DNA of 53,792 nt, from positions 1 to 53,792 of the forward strand of contig JARVKD010000003.1 in NCBI GenBank assembly GCA_029775875.1, read 5' to 3'. Source of the DNA: Nitrososphaeria archaeon (GTDB taxonomy: Archaea; Thermoproteota; Nitrososphaeria; Nitrososphaerales; JACAEJ01). The notes under the pieces are model-generated. The model was not told the origin of the DNA. It ran no database searches and saw only the letters and a list, made by a program, of their open reading frames with translations. Position numbers and translations under genes: made by a program. Positions 44,699 through 53,792 of the stretch are shown here, in pieces (the stretch's first letter is position 1; the number at the start of each line of letters is the position of its first letter).

Positions 44699-46306
44699 CT
44701 ATCTCAAATCATAGTCTTCTCTTAGGTCATTTTGCAATTTCAACCAATAGTTCCTGTTTATTATGCAACCTGGATCTGGTGCAAAGATATTCTTGTAGTA
44801 ATTGTATGCTCTAGCCCTACATCCCCCACAAGTGTAAAGATATTTGCAACCTTTGCAGTTGGGCTCAAGGAAATCCTTATTTCTGGTCATCCATAACAAC
44901 TTTGAATTTTTCCATAAATGCATAAAATCATCTTCAAGGATATTCCCTACTTTTACGTCCTTCTCATGAGGGAAAAAGACACATGGGTATATGTCTCCAT
45001 TAGGTTCTATTGCCAAGTAGAAGCGACCACACCCACAACCACCTATAAAATCGGCTAACCTCTTCAAATCGCCAGATAGCTCAGGGTTATAAAAGTGTGT
45101 AGGGACAATAGCACCATTACATTCATAGGTCTCATCACACAACCCTTCTTCTATCAGTTCAGTCAATATCTGCTGTTTCGAGCCATGCGCATGCTCCATT
45201 ACCCTTGCGATCTTATTCTCCACTTCTTGTGCTATTCTAGCAAACTGAGGAGCGGTTGAAAGCACCTCTATATTCTTACTCTTCATCTTTTTCCAGAGTA
45301 TTTTCAGCAGTTTCTCCCTCTCCTCTGGTGTGAGATCCTCATCAATCAGAGATGCACCTCTCCCTGTAGGAATAAAATTGTAGAGCATGAACCAGTTTAC
45401 TCCCAATTCATCTGCAAAATCTACAATTTCTGGGATTTCTTCATAGTTAAAGCGAGTGGCTGTTGTAGCAATTTCTACGAATAGTTTTTCAGAAACGCAG
45501 TTTCTAATTCCTTGAATAGTCTTTTTAAAGGCACCAGGTACGCCTCTGAACGAATCATGAGTATTAGGGTCTATTCCATCTAGGCTAATTTGAACGAATT
45601 GAAGCCCAGCGTTCTTTAACTCTCTAACTCTATCGATGGATGCCAAAGCAATCCCATTAGTAGCCATCGCTACATACATTCCCCTCGTTGAAGCATGTTT
45701 TATCAGCTTTAGTATATCATGCCTAACTGTTGGCTCACCACCAGAGAAAGCTAGTATCAATACTCCAGCATCTGCAAGAATATCTATGACTCTTATTGCA
45801 TCTTCAGTATTCAATTCGTTCTTATCGGGCTTCCCTGCACTCTCGTAGCAATGCCTACACTTCAGATTGCATGCTCTAGTTATGTTCCAGACAACTTGAA
45901 ATGGTGCCCCTGGTACAAAGGGTCTCGTCACACCAAACCATGCTATGCCTTTTATTACACTTGCTAGTCCTCTGCGCCAGTAAGGGTCCTTGAAAGTTTT
46001 TTTGATTTGAGCATCATTAGTACCAAAGGATTTGGAGGCAACTCTAATTATTGGCGTCAAAAATTGCTTGGCAAAGACACATCTTATGCAAGCTTTCTTC
46101 CTTACTCCAACGTATAATTCTAGAGCTATCTCTAACCTATTGCCTTTATCTTTTTCACAATGACGACATAAGCTTTGAAGTAATCTTCTCATCAGAGAAT
46201 TATCGCTAATGCTCTTAAAGATTTGAATCGTGCCTACTGTACTCACAATAGACCCTAAATCTTCTAAATTGTGAAAATTTCTATATATGTTTTTTCTTAT
46301 CATCAA
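44699..46306 (-). CDS. Radical SAM / SPASM-domain protein with Cys-containing N-terminal extension
   Basis: NITRACNLKCRHCYE (CxxxCxxC), GGEPT and a C-terminal SPASM-like Cys cluster (GGCGCGRFYLAIEPNGDIYPCVF ... CKGCKYLYTCGGCRARA). About 140 aa precede the radical SAM core. Confidence 0.8.
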   Translation of the reverse strand: MMIRKNIYRNFHNLEDLGSIVSTVGTIQIFKSISDNSLMRRLLQSLCRHCEKDKGNRLEIALELYVGVRKKACIRCVFAKQFLTPIIRVASKSFGTNDAQIKKTFKDPYWRRGLASVIKGIAWFGVTRPFVPGAPFQVVWNITRACNLKCRHCYESAGKPDKNELNTEDAIRVIDILADAGVLILAFSGGEPTVRHDILKLIKHASTRGMYVAMATNGIALASIDRVRELKNAGLQFVQISLDGIDPNTHDSFRGVPGAFKKTIQGIRNCVSEKLFVEIATTATRFNYEEIPEIVDFADELGVNWFMLYNFIPTGRGASLIDEDLTPEEREKLLKILWKKMKSKNIEVLSTAPQFARIAQEVENKIARVMEHAHGSKQQILTELIEEGLCDETYECNGAIVPTHFYNPELSGDLKRLADFIGGCGCGRFYLAIEPNGDIYPCVFFPHEKDVKVGNILEDDFMHLWKNSKLLWMTRNKDFLEPNCKGCKYLYTCGGCRARAYNYYKNIFAPDPGCIINRNYWLKLQNDLREDYDLR

Positions 46307-46420
46307 GTTTTCACATAGGCTTTAACCGCTCTTCTCATCTTCAAAGTCAAAATTGGATGAATTAATCTCGAAAACATCTAAATACAATAATATTGATAGG
46401 ATATTTTAGAAGGTGAGAGA

Positions 46421-46666
46421 TTGCGATCAAGCCTTCCACCTGAAGCCTATCAATCCTTGACAATACTGGGTATATTGCTCATCTTAATTGGTGTTATCTT
46501 GGTGCTATTACCTATAATTGCAAACTATCTGCCATCTTTAGAGAAGCTTGAGAAGCTGCCACCTATTCTTGTCTATGTGTATAGAAGCGATAACTTTTAC
46601 TTTGTGACTTCTCCCTTATTGATCTTGATAAGCTTAATATTATTGATCTTATATATCATGAAGTGA
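46421..46666 (+). CDS. Small membrane protein (2 TM, 81 aa)
   Basis: Two strongly hydrophobic helices and a TTG start; no recognisable family. Confidence 0.35.
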   Translation: MRSSLPPEAYQSLTILGILLILIGVILVLLPIIANYLPSLEKLEKLPPILVYVYRSDNFYFVTSPLLILISLILLILYIMK

Positions 46667-46696
46667 AAACCTTACTGATCCAGCAAATGAGTAAAG

Positions 46697-47953
46697 ATGA
46701 CTATGGGCTACAGATTTCTGAAAAAGCTGACAAAGGTTGATGATGCTATAGCCCTTACCTTAAAGAAATTATCGATAAGACTAGGCGTAGAAGATGTTAA
46801 CTTTGATGAGAGCTTAGGCAGGGTATTGGCTGAGGATATAGTATCAGATTTTGATGAGCCTTTAGTGGATAAATCTGCTTTTGAAGGCTACGCTATTAGA
46901 GGAGCAGATACTCTATCGGCTTCTCAGTATTCTCCAATAAGATTGAAAGTAATAGGAGAGGTTAGGATAGGAGAAAATCCAATGGTAAAAGGGACTCAAG
47001 GAAAAGCTGTAAAGATAGCTACTGGGGCGGCTTTACCCGATGGCTTTGACACAGTAGTTCCAGTTGAGTATGTAAAGGTTTTAGATGATGAGATTGAACT
47101 ATCAAAGAGCTTTCCTATAGGTGATAACGTCATAAAAAGGGGAGAGGATTTTAAGAAAGGTCAAATAATGATGAGAAAAGGCAAGATAATAGACCCTTTT
47201 GATATATCTATGCTTGCTCAACTAAGAAAGCTCAAGGTTAAAGTTCTTGAAAAGCTGAGAATAGCGATAATCCCTACAGGAAACGAATTAATAGAGCCTG
47301 GCGAATTAGGGGATGTTTACAAGACTGTTAACACAAATTCTTACGCTTTATCTGCTTTCTGCAAAGAGCCATGGATGGAACCTCATCGCCTTAAAATTGT
47401 CAAAGACGATCTTGAAAGCCTTACGAAAGCAATTAAATCATCCATTGAGAATCATCATGCTCTTATAATCACAGGAGGGACTTCAGTAGGCGAGTTGGAT
47501 CTTGTCCCTGAGGCAGTTCAAAGGGCTGGAAAGGTTGATTTGATGATAAGAGGTATAGGAATTCAGCCTGGAAGGGCTACTGGAGTAGCATTGGTAAATG
47601 GTAAACCTGTCTTCATGCTCTCTGGTTTTCCTGTTGCCTGTATTACAGGATTCATAGCTATTGTTAGACCTTTGCTATACAAGATGGTCAATGCTTTGGA
47701 ACCTCCAAGACCTGTTGTGAAAGCCATACTTAAGTCTAAAGTTTCTTCTGGTCTTGGTGTAGCTAAATATGTAAGAGTAAAAGTGAAAAGGATAGGCAAA
47801 AAACTCTTCACTGAACCAATAAGAGTTATGGGCTCTAGCGCATTATCCTCTCTTACAGAAGCCAATGGTTTCCTTATAGTACCATCAGAATCGGAAGGCT
47901 TTGATAGCAATTCAGAGGTAGAAGTGTTTCTTTATAGTTCAATACAAGAGTAA
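46697..47953 (+). CDS. moeA: Molybdopterin molybdenum/tungsten transferase MoeA
   Basis: MoeA N-domain (S.FEGYA.R..D), MoCF-binding domain (IPTGNEL..PG ... ITGGTSVGE.D) and C-terminal beta-barrel. Confidence 0.88.
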   Translation: MTMGYRFLKKLTKVDDAIALTLKKLSIRLGVEDVNFDESLGRVLAEDIVSDFDEPLVDKSAFEGYAIRGADTLSASQYSPIRLKVIGEVRIGENPMVKGTQGKAVKIATGAALPDGFDTVVPVEYVKVLDDEIELSKSFPIGDNVIKRGEDFKKGQIMMRKGKIIDPFDISMLAQLRKLKVKVLEKLRIAIIPTGNELIEPGELGDVYKTVNTNSYALSAFCKEPWMEPHRLKIVKDDLESLTKAIKSSIENHHALIITGGTSVGELDLVPEAVQRAGKVDLMIRGIGIQPGRATGVALVNGKPVFMLSGFPVACITGFIAIVRPLLYKMVNALEPPRPVVKAILKSKVSSGLGVAKYVRVKVKRIGKKLFTEPIRVMGSSALSSLTEANGFLIVPSESEGFDSNSEVEVFLYSSIQE

Positions 47954-47961
47954 AGATAGAA

Positions 47962-49812
47962 ATGAGAGTAGTCTTCAAAAAATTAGTTACAGTTGAAGAA
48001 GCTCTTAAAGCTCTGAATAAGCATGTAAAGCCCCATCATTTAGGAATTGAGGAAGTTAAGATTACTGAGGCTCATGGGAGAGTATTAGGCGAGGATGTAA
48101 TAGCAAGAATCAATCTCCCTCCTTTCTCAAGGGCTATAGTCGATGGCTATGCTGTTAGAGCAGTAGATACATCTTTTGCATCTGAAGTTAATCCTGTAAG
48201 GCTTAAGGTTATTGGCAGATTACATGCTGGCGAAGATTCTTCATTAGAGATTAAGGAGAAAGAATGTATTGAGATAGATACAGGAGCATTAATCCCAAAA
48301 GATGCAGATGCTGTAGTTCGTGTCGAAGATACTTCAATAGATGGAGATTACGTTATCATTGACAATTCTGTTGGCAAGGGCTCAGGTTTAGCAAGTTTAG
48401 GTTCAGATGTCTATCATGGTCAATTCGTTATTAGCAAGGGTGAGGAGCTTACAGCAGAAAAGATAGGTGTACTGGCAGGTTTAGGTTACGATAAGGTCAA
48501 GGTATTCTCAAAGCCTAAAGTTGCCATATTTTCTACAGGGAACGAGCTTATAGAGCCAGGCTTGGAATTAAAAGCATCGAAGATATATGATGTCAATCAA
48601 TACTCTATAGGAGCTTTAGTTCAAAAGTCTGGTTGTACACCAATATACCTTGGCATCAAGAAGGATAATCTTGAGGAGATTCGTGAAGCTGTAATAGAGG
48701 GATTAAAACTTGCTGATGCCATCATAATGTCAGGAAGCACTTCAGCAGGAGTTAGTGATTTAGCCTACAAAGTATTTGATGGACTTGGAAGTCCAGGTCT
48801 CATAGTTCATGGAATTGCAGCAAAGCCAGGAAAGCCTACGATAATAGCAGCCATAAATGATAAGCCCGTATTTGGATTGCCAGGCTTTCCAGTTTCAGCC
48901 TTGATAATTTATGGTTTGATCGTCGATCCATTTTTGAGAGCCATGTCAGGAAAGAAGCTTGAAGAAAAGAAAAAAATAGGAGCAATTTTGGCAATAAGGT
49001 ATTTATCAGAGAGGGGAAGAAGGGAGTATCTTCCAGTATTCTTAAAAAACAGCAAAAAGGGTTTGATGGCAATCCCTATCCTTGGAGGCTCTGGCGCAAT
49101 AGCATCTTTAAGCTCTGCAGACGGAATTTTAGAGATTCCAGAAAACTTGGAGTTGATAGAGAAGGATGAAAGAATTGACATAGAACTCTTTTCAGATGCA
49201 AAGATATCTGATATCGTTGCTGTTGGAGACTTTAGCCCTATATCACAAGTCATCTTAAGTGAATTGAGAAAAAAAGCAATTAAGGTGAGAGAGGAGTTTA
49301 GAGGGCTTGAGCATGGCTTAGCATGGATGAGGGATGAGATTGCAGATTTGTTAGTATCATGCACACCAAAGAGTGAAAAGGCTCCAATATCAAAGATTTC
49401 TCCCAAAATTAAAAAAATCAGAAGTTATACGATGGATATGGTCTGGGCTTTCTATGGCGATGGGATTAGTTCAGGTTCAACTTTTATTTTGCCTAAAATT
49501 GGTTCAGGCTTAAGAAATTACGCTGAAGATAAGATCAAGAGCATGGTGAAGGATTTTGATTTAATTGAAACATGGTCATACGATTCTGCAATAGATTTAA
49601 TTTCAAAAAGAAGAAATATGATTGCGCTATTGCCTTTGTGTATTGCAGTGAAGCATGAATTTAATTTCATAGACGCGTTTCCTGCAAAAGTGAGTTATTT
49701 TATTCATGAGGACTTTCTCGCTACTGAAATAGGGAAAAAGTTAAAGAAAATAATGAAAAGCAGAGAAACAGCTCAAGCCTTAAGCTCTATGCTAGGAATA
49801 TCTATGAAATGA
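47962..49812 (+). CDS. moeA: MoeA fused to a C-terminal periplasmic-binding-protein-like domain
   Basis: Residues 1-~400 are MoeA (VDGYAVRA.D, FSTGNELIEPG, MSGSTSAGVSD, LPGFPVSA). The extra ~210 aa tail (IVAVGDFS...GSGLRNY...) resembles the PBP-like oxyanion-binding domain found on some archaeal MoeA paralogues. Confidence 0.75.
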   Translation: MRVVFKKLVTVEEALKALNKHVKPHHLGIEEVKITEAHGRVLGEDVIARINLPPFSRAIVDGYAVRAVDTSFASEVNPVRLKVIGRLHAGEDSSLEIKEKECIEIDTGALIPKDADAVVRVEDTSIDGDYVIIDNSVGKGSGLASLGSDVYHGQFVISKGEELTAEKIGVLAGLGYDKVKVFSKPKVAIFSTGNELIEPGLELKASKIYDVNQYSIGALVQKSGCTPIYLGIKKDNLEEIREAVIEGLKLADAIIMSGSTSAGVSDLAYKVFDGLGSPGLIVHGIAAKPGKPTIIAAINDKPVFGLPGFPVSALIIYGLIVDPFLRAMSGKKLEEKKKIGAILAIRYLSERGRREYLPVFLKNSKKGLMAIPILGGSGAIASLSSADGILEIPENLELIEKDERIDIELFSDAKISDIVAVGDFSPISQVILSELRKKAIKVREEFRGLEHGLAWMRDEIADLLVSCTPKSEKAPISKISPKIKKIRSYTMDMVWAFYGDGISSGSTFILPKIGSGLRNYAEDKIKSMVKDFDLIETWSYDSAIDLISKRRNMIALLPLCIAVKHEFNFIDAFPAKVSYFIHEDFLATEIGKKLKKIMKSRETAQALSSMLGISMK

Positions 49813-49819
49813 ACAAAGA

Positions 49820-50500
49820 TTAAATTCTTTTCAACAAATCTGGCTTGTTCGTGACAATTCCATCAACGCCCATTTCTATCAATTGATTTGCTCTATTAGG
49901 ATCGTCGATAGTCCAAGGGTAAATTTTCAAATCGTTTTCATGGGCTTCCTTTACCATTTCTTCTGACAAATACTTATGCTCGGGAAATAATGAATCTGAA
50001 TTTGCATTTAATGCAAGGTCTACTGGTTTTACTGGATGACACTTAAAAATAACTCCTGTCTTTATTGTTGGATTAAGCTCTTTTATTTTTCTTAAAATAG
50101 GATGGTAAAATGAAGTTATAACAACTTCTTTTTCTATACCTTCTTTTTCGATGATTTTAACTAAAGAATCCTCGATTTTTAGAACCTTTATCTCGATTAT
50201 TAGTATCGCTTTATTCCTTACAGCGTTTATCACTTCTTGAAGGGTTGGTATTCTTTCACCCTTACCAGCATCTAGCTTCTTCAGCTCTTCTAACTTCAAA
50301 TTTTCAACGTATCCTTTTCCGTTAGTAGTTCTATCTACACTATCATCATGGATTACTACTATTTGCCTATCTTTGCTTAATCGAACATCCACTTCTATCA
50401 TCTTAGCATTAAGCTCTAAAGCTCTTTTTATCGCTCTTAACGTATTCTCTGGCTCGTAGGCGGATGCTCCTCTATGGGCTATGATATTTGTCATGACCAA
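49820..50500 (-). CDS. Glycerophosphodiester phosphodiesterase (GDPD family)
   Basis: IIAHRGAS.YEPENTL.A...A......IEVDVRLSKD...VVIHD..VDRTTNG.G. Confidence 0.88.
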   Translation of the reverse strand: MVMTNIIAHRGASAYEPENTLRAIKRALELNAKMIEVDVRLSKDRQIVVIHDDSVDRTTNGKGYVENLKLEELKKLDAGKGERIPTLQEVINAVRNKAILIIEIKVLKIEDSLVKIIEKEGIEKEVVITSFYHPILRKIKELNPTIKTGVIFKCHPVKPVDLALNANSDSLFPEHKYLSEEMVKEAHENDLKIYPWTIDDPNRANQLIEMGVDGIVTNKPDLLKRI

Positions 50501-50548
50501 TTACTTACTATAAGAGGTAACCTTTTAAAATTAAACTCTTATTCTTTT

Positions 50549-50893
50549 ATGATCACGATGGGAGAAGACATCGGGATTAGCACAATAGATAAACTGTTGA
50601 AGATGATTGAAGAGAAGAAGCTTGGTCTTGACCCTGAGGTTCTAGCATATTGGTTTAAGATAATAGAGTCTGATGCCAAAGCTTTATGTCCTCAAGAGCT
50701 ACGTGATAGCATATCCATAAAGCAAGATCCTGTTCTATGGATGAAGTTTCAGCTTAAGGCATCGAAGAGAGCAGTTCCATTCTTGATTCAGGCTATAGAG
50801 AAGAATCTACCATCCATGCCCTATGCTACAAGGCTTTACTTTATGAAGGTCGGTGAGATTGTAGAGGAGGAAGCCAACCGATTATACGTATGA
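50549..50893 (+). CDS. Hypothetical protein (~115 aa)
   Basis: ORF with no recognisable family. An internal ATG is preferred because the ORF start at 50474 overlaps the divergent GDPD gene. Confidence 0.35.
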   Translation: MITMGEDIGISTIDKLLKMIEEKKLGLDPEVLAYWFKIIESDAKALCPQELRDSISIKQDPVLWMKFQLKASKRAVPFLIQAIEKNLPSMPYATRLYFMKVGEIVEEEANRLYV

Positions 50894-51036
50894 ATTGTGT
50901 ATATAGAAATCGAACCATCTATTAATCATTATAGATTACATCCCCCGATCTTTGTTGACTTTACTAGTCTGATAAAAATTTAAAAAAAACAAAGATTTAT
51001 AATAACTAAATACGTATTAGATGACGGCGTAATAAG

Positions 51037-51879
51037 ATGCAAACGTTATTCATAGAGGCGTTTAACAAATTACTTGAAGACATCATCGCCTTTCTGCCAT
51101 TACTTATAGCAGCAATAGTCGTCATCATAATCGGATATTTTGTTGGATCTATGGTCGGGAGAGCTGTAAATATACTAATCGAGAAAACGGGCATAGAGAA
51201 GGGCTTCGACAAAAGCGAAACAGGAAAGGCCTTTAGGTCTGCTGGATTGGATCTTTCGTCTTTCGTTGGAGGAATTACCAAAGCTTTCATCATAATCCTA
51301 TCTGTCATACTTGCAATACAAATTCTAAACGTAGGGGGAACGCTGGGTGATTACTTGGTAATCATAGCAAGCTACTTGCCTAGACTTCTAGGAGGAATTG
51401 TGATAATCGTTCTAGGCTTCGTTTTAGTGGAGTTCCTTGCATCCCTAGTGGGCATGATGTTGAAACCTGTGATCCCTGAAGCTAAGTCCGAGATAGCTGA
51501 CATGCTAAAGAATCTTCTTAAGATAGGTTTGATAGCAGTAATACTTCTGATTGCCCTTAATCTTATGTTGCTGGCAGGCGATTTGGTCTATCCTTTGATC
51601 CTTGGCTTCGTGATAATAGGTGTAGGAATATCTTTGACCGACGGTCTGATCAAGTCCATCACAGACGACCATACAGAGTTCAGATCGGTTGCAGGATACG
51701 CAAAGTTCGTACTTTACAGCATTTTCCTCGTCATTGGCGCAGGAGCCATCTTTGCTACATTTGAAGGTGTCACAAATGTAGTAGCAAACATCTCATGGGC
51801 TTTCGCGATCGCTCTTGCAATAATGCTGATACCTGTGGTATATAGCATGGCTAGGAAGATATCAAAAGAAGTCGCCTGA
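51037..51879 (+). CDS. Integral membrane protein with repeated TM-helix modules (mechanosensitive-channel-associated 'conserved TM helix'-like)
   Basis: 280 aa with ~6-7 TM helices and a repeated pattern of the form ...LP.LL.A..VIIIGY.VG.... Confidence 0.5.
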   Translation: MQTLFIEAFNKLLEDIIAFLPLLIAAIVVIIIGYFVGSMVGRAVNILIEKTGIEKGFDKSETGKAFRSAGLDLSSFVGGITKAFIIILSVILAIQILNVGGTLGDYLVIIASYLPRLLGGIVIIVLGFVLVEFLASLVGMMLKPVIPEAKSEIADMLKNLLKIGLIAVILLIALNLMLLAGDLVYPLILGFVIIGVGISLTDGLIKSITDDHTEFRSVAGYAKFVLYSIFLVIGAGAIFATFEGVTNVVANISWAFAIALAIMLIPVVYSMARKISKEVA

Positions 51880-52081
51880 CATTCAATGCAGAAGAGAGAG
51901 GAGAGGCTTGCCTCGATGATTCTCACACATTTTTGTTGCTTCATAATATCGGTTTTTCAAATCGATCTGAAATTAGTGGAAATAAATGCCAATTGAAAGG
52001 TTTATGTTTTTCCGTTTATTCTTATATAATTCTCTTTCAGCACGATATAGGCGAAGTAAGGGTATAAGGAGAAAATGAAAT

Positions 52082-53278
52082 TTGGTAGGCATGATAAAAT
52101 TAAGTTTGGGCAAAAGATCGTTTCTTCCTCTAGCTACATTGATGGGCTTTATCGGAATTGCAGATACTGCTTTCATGCTTCCGGTGATATCTGCTTATGC
52201 TAAATTTCTTGGAGCCAATGAAGCCTTAGCAGGCTTGATAGCAGGGCTTTACTCAATAGTTGCCATTCCTGCTAGCTTCACGATGGGAGTTTCTGTGGAC
52301 ATTCTTGGAAGGAGAAGAGCGTTGTTACTTGCTTTTCTTTCAGATAGCATTATAGTCTATGCTTATTCTCTAGTCACAAACCCAACTCAGCTCTTTATCG
52401 TTAGAGCTCTTCATGCAATAGGAGGATCGTTAACATTCCCAGCTATTATTGCCTTTGTAGGCGATATCAAGACGAATTCTCTAGGAAGGAGTTTTGCCTT
52501 GTATTGGATGGGTGTAGGTTCATCTATAGCCATAGGTTCCATGATTTCTGGAACAATAACCTCTACACTAGGTTTCAAGGCGGTATTCCAAGTACTTTCT
52601 ATTATAATGGTAATCGGACTTTTTCTATCTTTTTTCATACCTGAAACCCTTACAAAGAGTTCTAAACCGAAGAAAATCTTCATAGAAATGAAAAAGTCAA
52701 TAGGCTGGCTTTTGTCCTCTTATGTATCCATATATGCTCTTTACTACTCCTTTGGAGTTATTACTGGAATACTATCACTTACTCTGATAGATGTGCTAGG
52801 AATTGTGAAGGAGGAGGCTGTAAAGATTACTGGATTTTACATAGGTTTTTCTACCATAATATCTATAGCACTTTTCTATCTCTTTGGTGCAATCACAGAC
52901 AAAAAGGGTCTTAGAATTCCTGCAATAGTAGGGTTCATCAGTTTGATGTTCTCCCAGATTATCTTAGCCTTTAATTTAGCTTGGAATTATCTTTTACTCA
53001 GTTCAATAGCCTTAGGAATTGCTATGAGCGCCATACTCACTTTGTCTACTGTAGTAGCAAGTTCTACATCCCAGAGTAGCAGAGGGACTTCTATAGGCTT
53101 TCAGCAGATGATGAACATCCTTGGAGTAGCTACAGCAGCCCCTATTTCAGGATTGATTCTTGAGACAATTGGTCCACAAATGCCCTATCTCATAGGAGCC
53201 TTAGTACAAGTTTTAGCCCTAATAATAGTCCTTTTGAGCCTAAGAAATTATGTGAAATTACCTGAGCAGACTATTTGA
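52082..53278 (+). CDS. MFS transporter
   Basis: 12-TM pattern with an MFS loop 2-3 motif (DILGRRRALL). The start is either the TTG at 52082 or the ATG at 52091. Confidence 0.8.
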   Translation: MVGMIKLSLGKRSFLPLATLMGFIGIADTAFMLPVISAYAKFLGANEALAGLIAGLYSIVAIPASFTMGVSVDILGRRRALLLAFLSDSIIVYAYSLVTNPTQLFIVRALHAIGGSLTFPAIIAFVGDIKTNSLGRSFALYWMGVGSSIAIGSMISGTITSTLGFKAVFQVLSIIMVIGLFLSFFIPETLTKSSKPKKIFIEMKKSIGWLLSSYVSIYALYYSFGVITGILSLTLIDVLGIVKEEAVKITGFYIGFSTIISIALFYLFGAITDKKGLRIPAIVGFISLMFSQIILAFNLAWNYLLLSSIALGIAMSAILTLSTVVASSTSQSSRGTSIGFQQMMNILGVATAAPISGLILETIGPQMPYLIGALVQVLALIIVLLSLRNYVKLPEQTI

Positions 53279-53792
53279 AAATCAACTCTACTTTGTCCAA
53301 TAATTCTATTGATTTCTCATCAAAATGAGAGCGATAGGCATAGATTTCTACGCCATGATTTAGCGCTTCTCTTAACACTTCTCCAAACTTAGGATCGAGT
53401 TCATCGTTCGGAGAGAAAGAATTGGCATCTGGTCTCTGTATCAAGAATAAAATACAAGCTCTATAACCTTCTTCTTTTGCTTTGATCAACTCTAAAACAT
53501 GGCTCCTACCTCTCTCTGTTGGGGCATCAGGGAACAATGCTTTACCATTCTTCACTAAGGTGCAAGACTTTGCCTCGATTATACATCTCCCAATGCTATT
53601 GGTTAGTAAAAAATCAAATTTGCTATGACCAAACTTGAACTCAGGTTTTATTTCATCATACATAGAGAATTCTTTAATTCTATGTTTCTTAAGGGCTTCT
53701 AACAAAAGCCTATTTGGCATCCTTGAATCTATGAATACCAATACACTATCATTCTTAATGGCTATAATATCGTAGTTGGTTGTCCTAACTCT
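53271..53792 (-). CDS. sfsA: SfsA-family (sugar fermentation stimulation / nuclease-fold) protein, 5'-partial
   Basis: The frame stays open to the right window edge. It shows an SfsA-like C-terminal PD-(D/E)xK-type region (...FDFLL....C.IEAKSCTLV..G.A.FPDAPTERG.SH..EL). Confidence 0.7.
   Translation of the reverse strand, partial: RVRTTNYDIIAIKNDSVLVFIDSRMPNRLLLEALKKHRIKEFSMYDEIKPEFKFGHSKFDFLLTNSIGRCIIEAKSCTLVKNGKALFPDAPTERGRSHVLELIKAKEEGYRACILFLIQRPDANSFSPNDELDPKFGEVLREALNHGVEIYAYRSHFDEKSIELLDKVELIFK

Noticed and set aside
52075-52206. 43-codon upstream ORF with a good GGAG spacing (MKFGRHDKIKF...CRYC...CLC*) overlapping the MFS transporter start in another frame.
   Set aside because: It overlaps the N-terminal TM helix coding region of the MFS gene, and conservation cannot be assessed here. 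It is possibly a leader peptide, but the evidence is insufficient.
1-53792. Scan for CRISPR arrays, IS/transposase genes, integrases, toxin-antitoxin pairs, restriction-modification or other defence modules, and rRNA genes.
   Set aside because: By-eye reading showed no regularly spaced direct repeats, no transposase, integrase or Cas-like ORFs, and no intergenic gap longer than ~230 nt. None can be supported in this window.

Overview
AT-rich (~40% GC) archaeal chromosomal window, densely coded on both strands. Archaeal hallmarks are eS4, RNase P Rpp29, aSUI1, tRNA-splicing endonuclease, RtcB, FBP aldolase/phosphatase, an archaeal-type TIM and an aKMT-like methyltransferase, which suggests a TACK-like lineage. 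Left to right: thiolase plus a DUF35-HMG-CoA synthase fusion (mevalonate pathway), MoaD/SAMP-like protein, malic enzyme, RtcB, a LeuA/NifV-family synthase, MobB, EndA, an interrupted mtnA (aIF-2B-type isomerase), an intron-containing tRNA, and a group-4 [NiFe]-hydrogenase operon with complex-I-like subunits (protease, NuoA/B/C/D/H/I/J/K homologues). Then come an FrhB-family protein, TIM, FBP aldolase/phosphatase, nitroreductase, a CstA-COG0523 GTPase operon with a divergent LysR regulator, and a short ribosomal-protein block (Rpp29-S17-L14-L24-S4e-L5-S14-S8). These are followed by an ABC-2 exporter, an aKMT-like methyltransferase, a decayed sufS remnant, fixC-fixX-etfB-etfA, and a compact hisGDC-(HAD)-BHAFI operon. 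The right end holds aSUI1, a class II aldolase, a radical SAM/SPASM protein next to two MoeA genes (one fused to a binding-protein-like domain), GDPD, membrane proteins, an MFS transporter and a partial SfsA. No CRISPR array, IS element, rRNA or obvious defence island was seen. The most interesting signal is a 28-nt insertion that splits mtnA exactly inside its conserved THCNAG motif. It folds into a bulge-helix-bulge-like structure whose symmetric cleavage would restore the reading frame, making it a candidate archaeal mRNA intron. It lies between the endA gene and a tRNA-Arg that itself seems to need two short non-canonical introns removed, with rtcB 3 kb away. Secondary leads are a NiFe-hydrogenase with NuoA/H/J/K but no antiporter-like subunit in the operon, and a large-cap HAD phosphatase inside the his operon as a candidate for the missing archaeal histidinol-phosphate phosphatase. 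All calls rest on reading the translations and sequence by eye; no database search was run.
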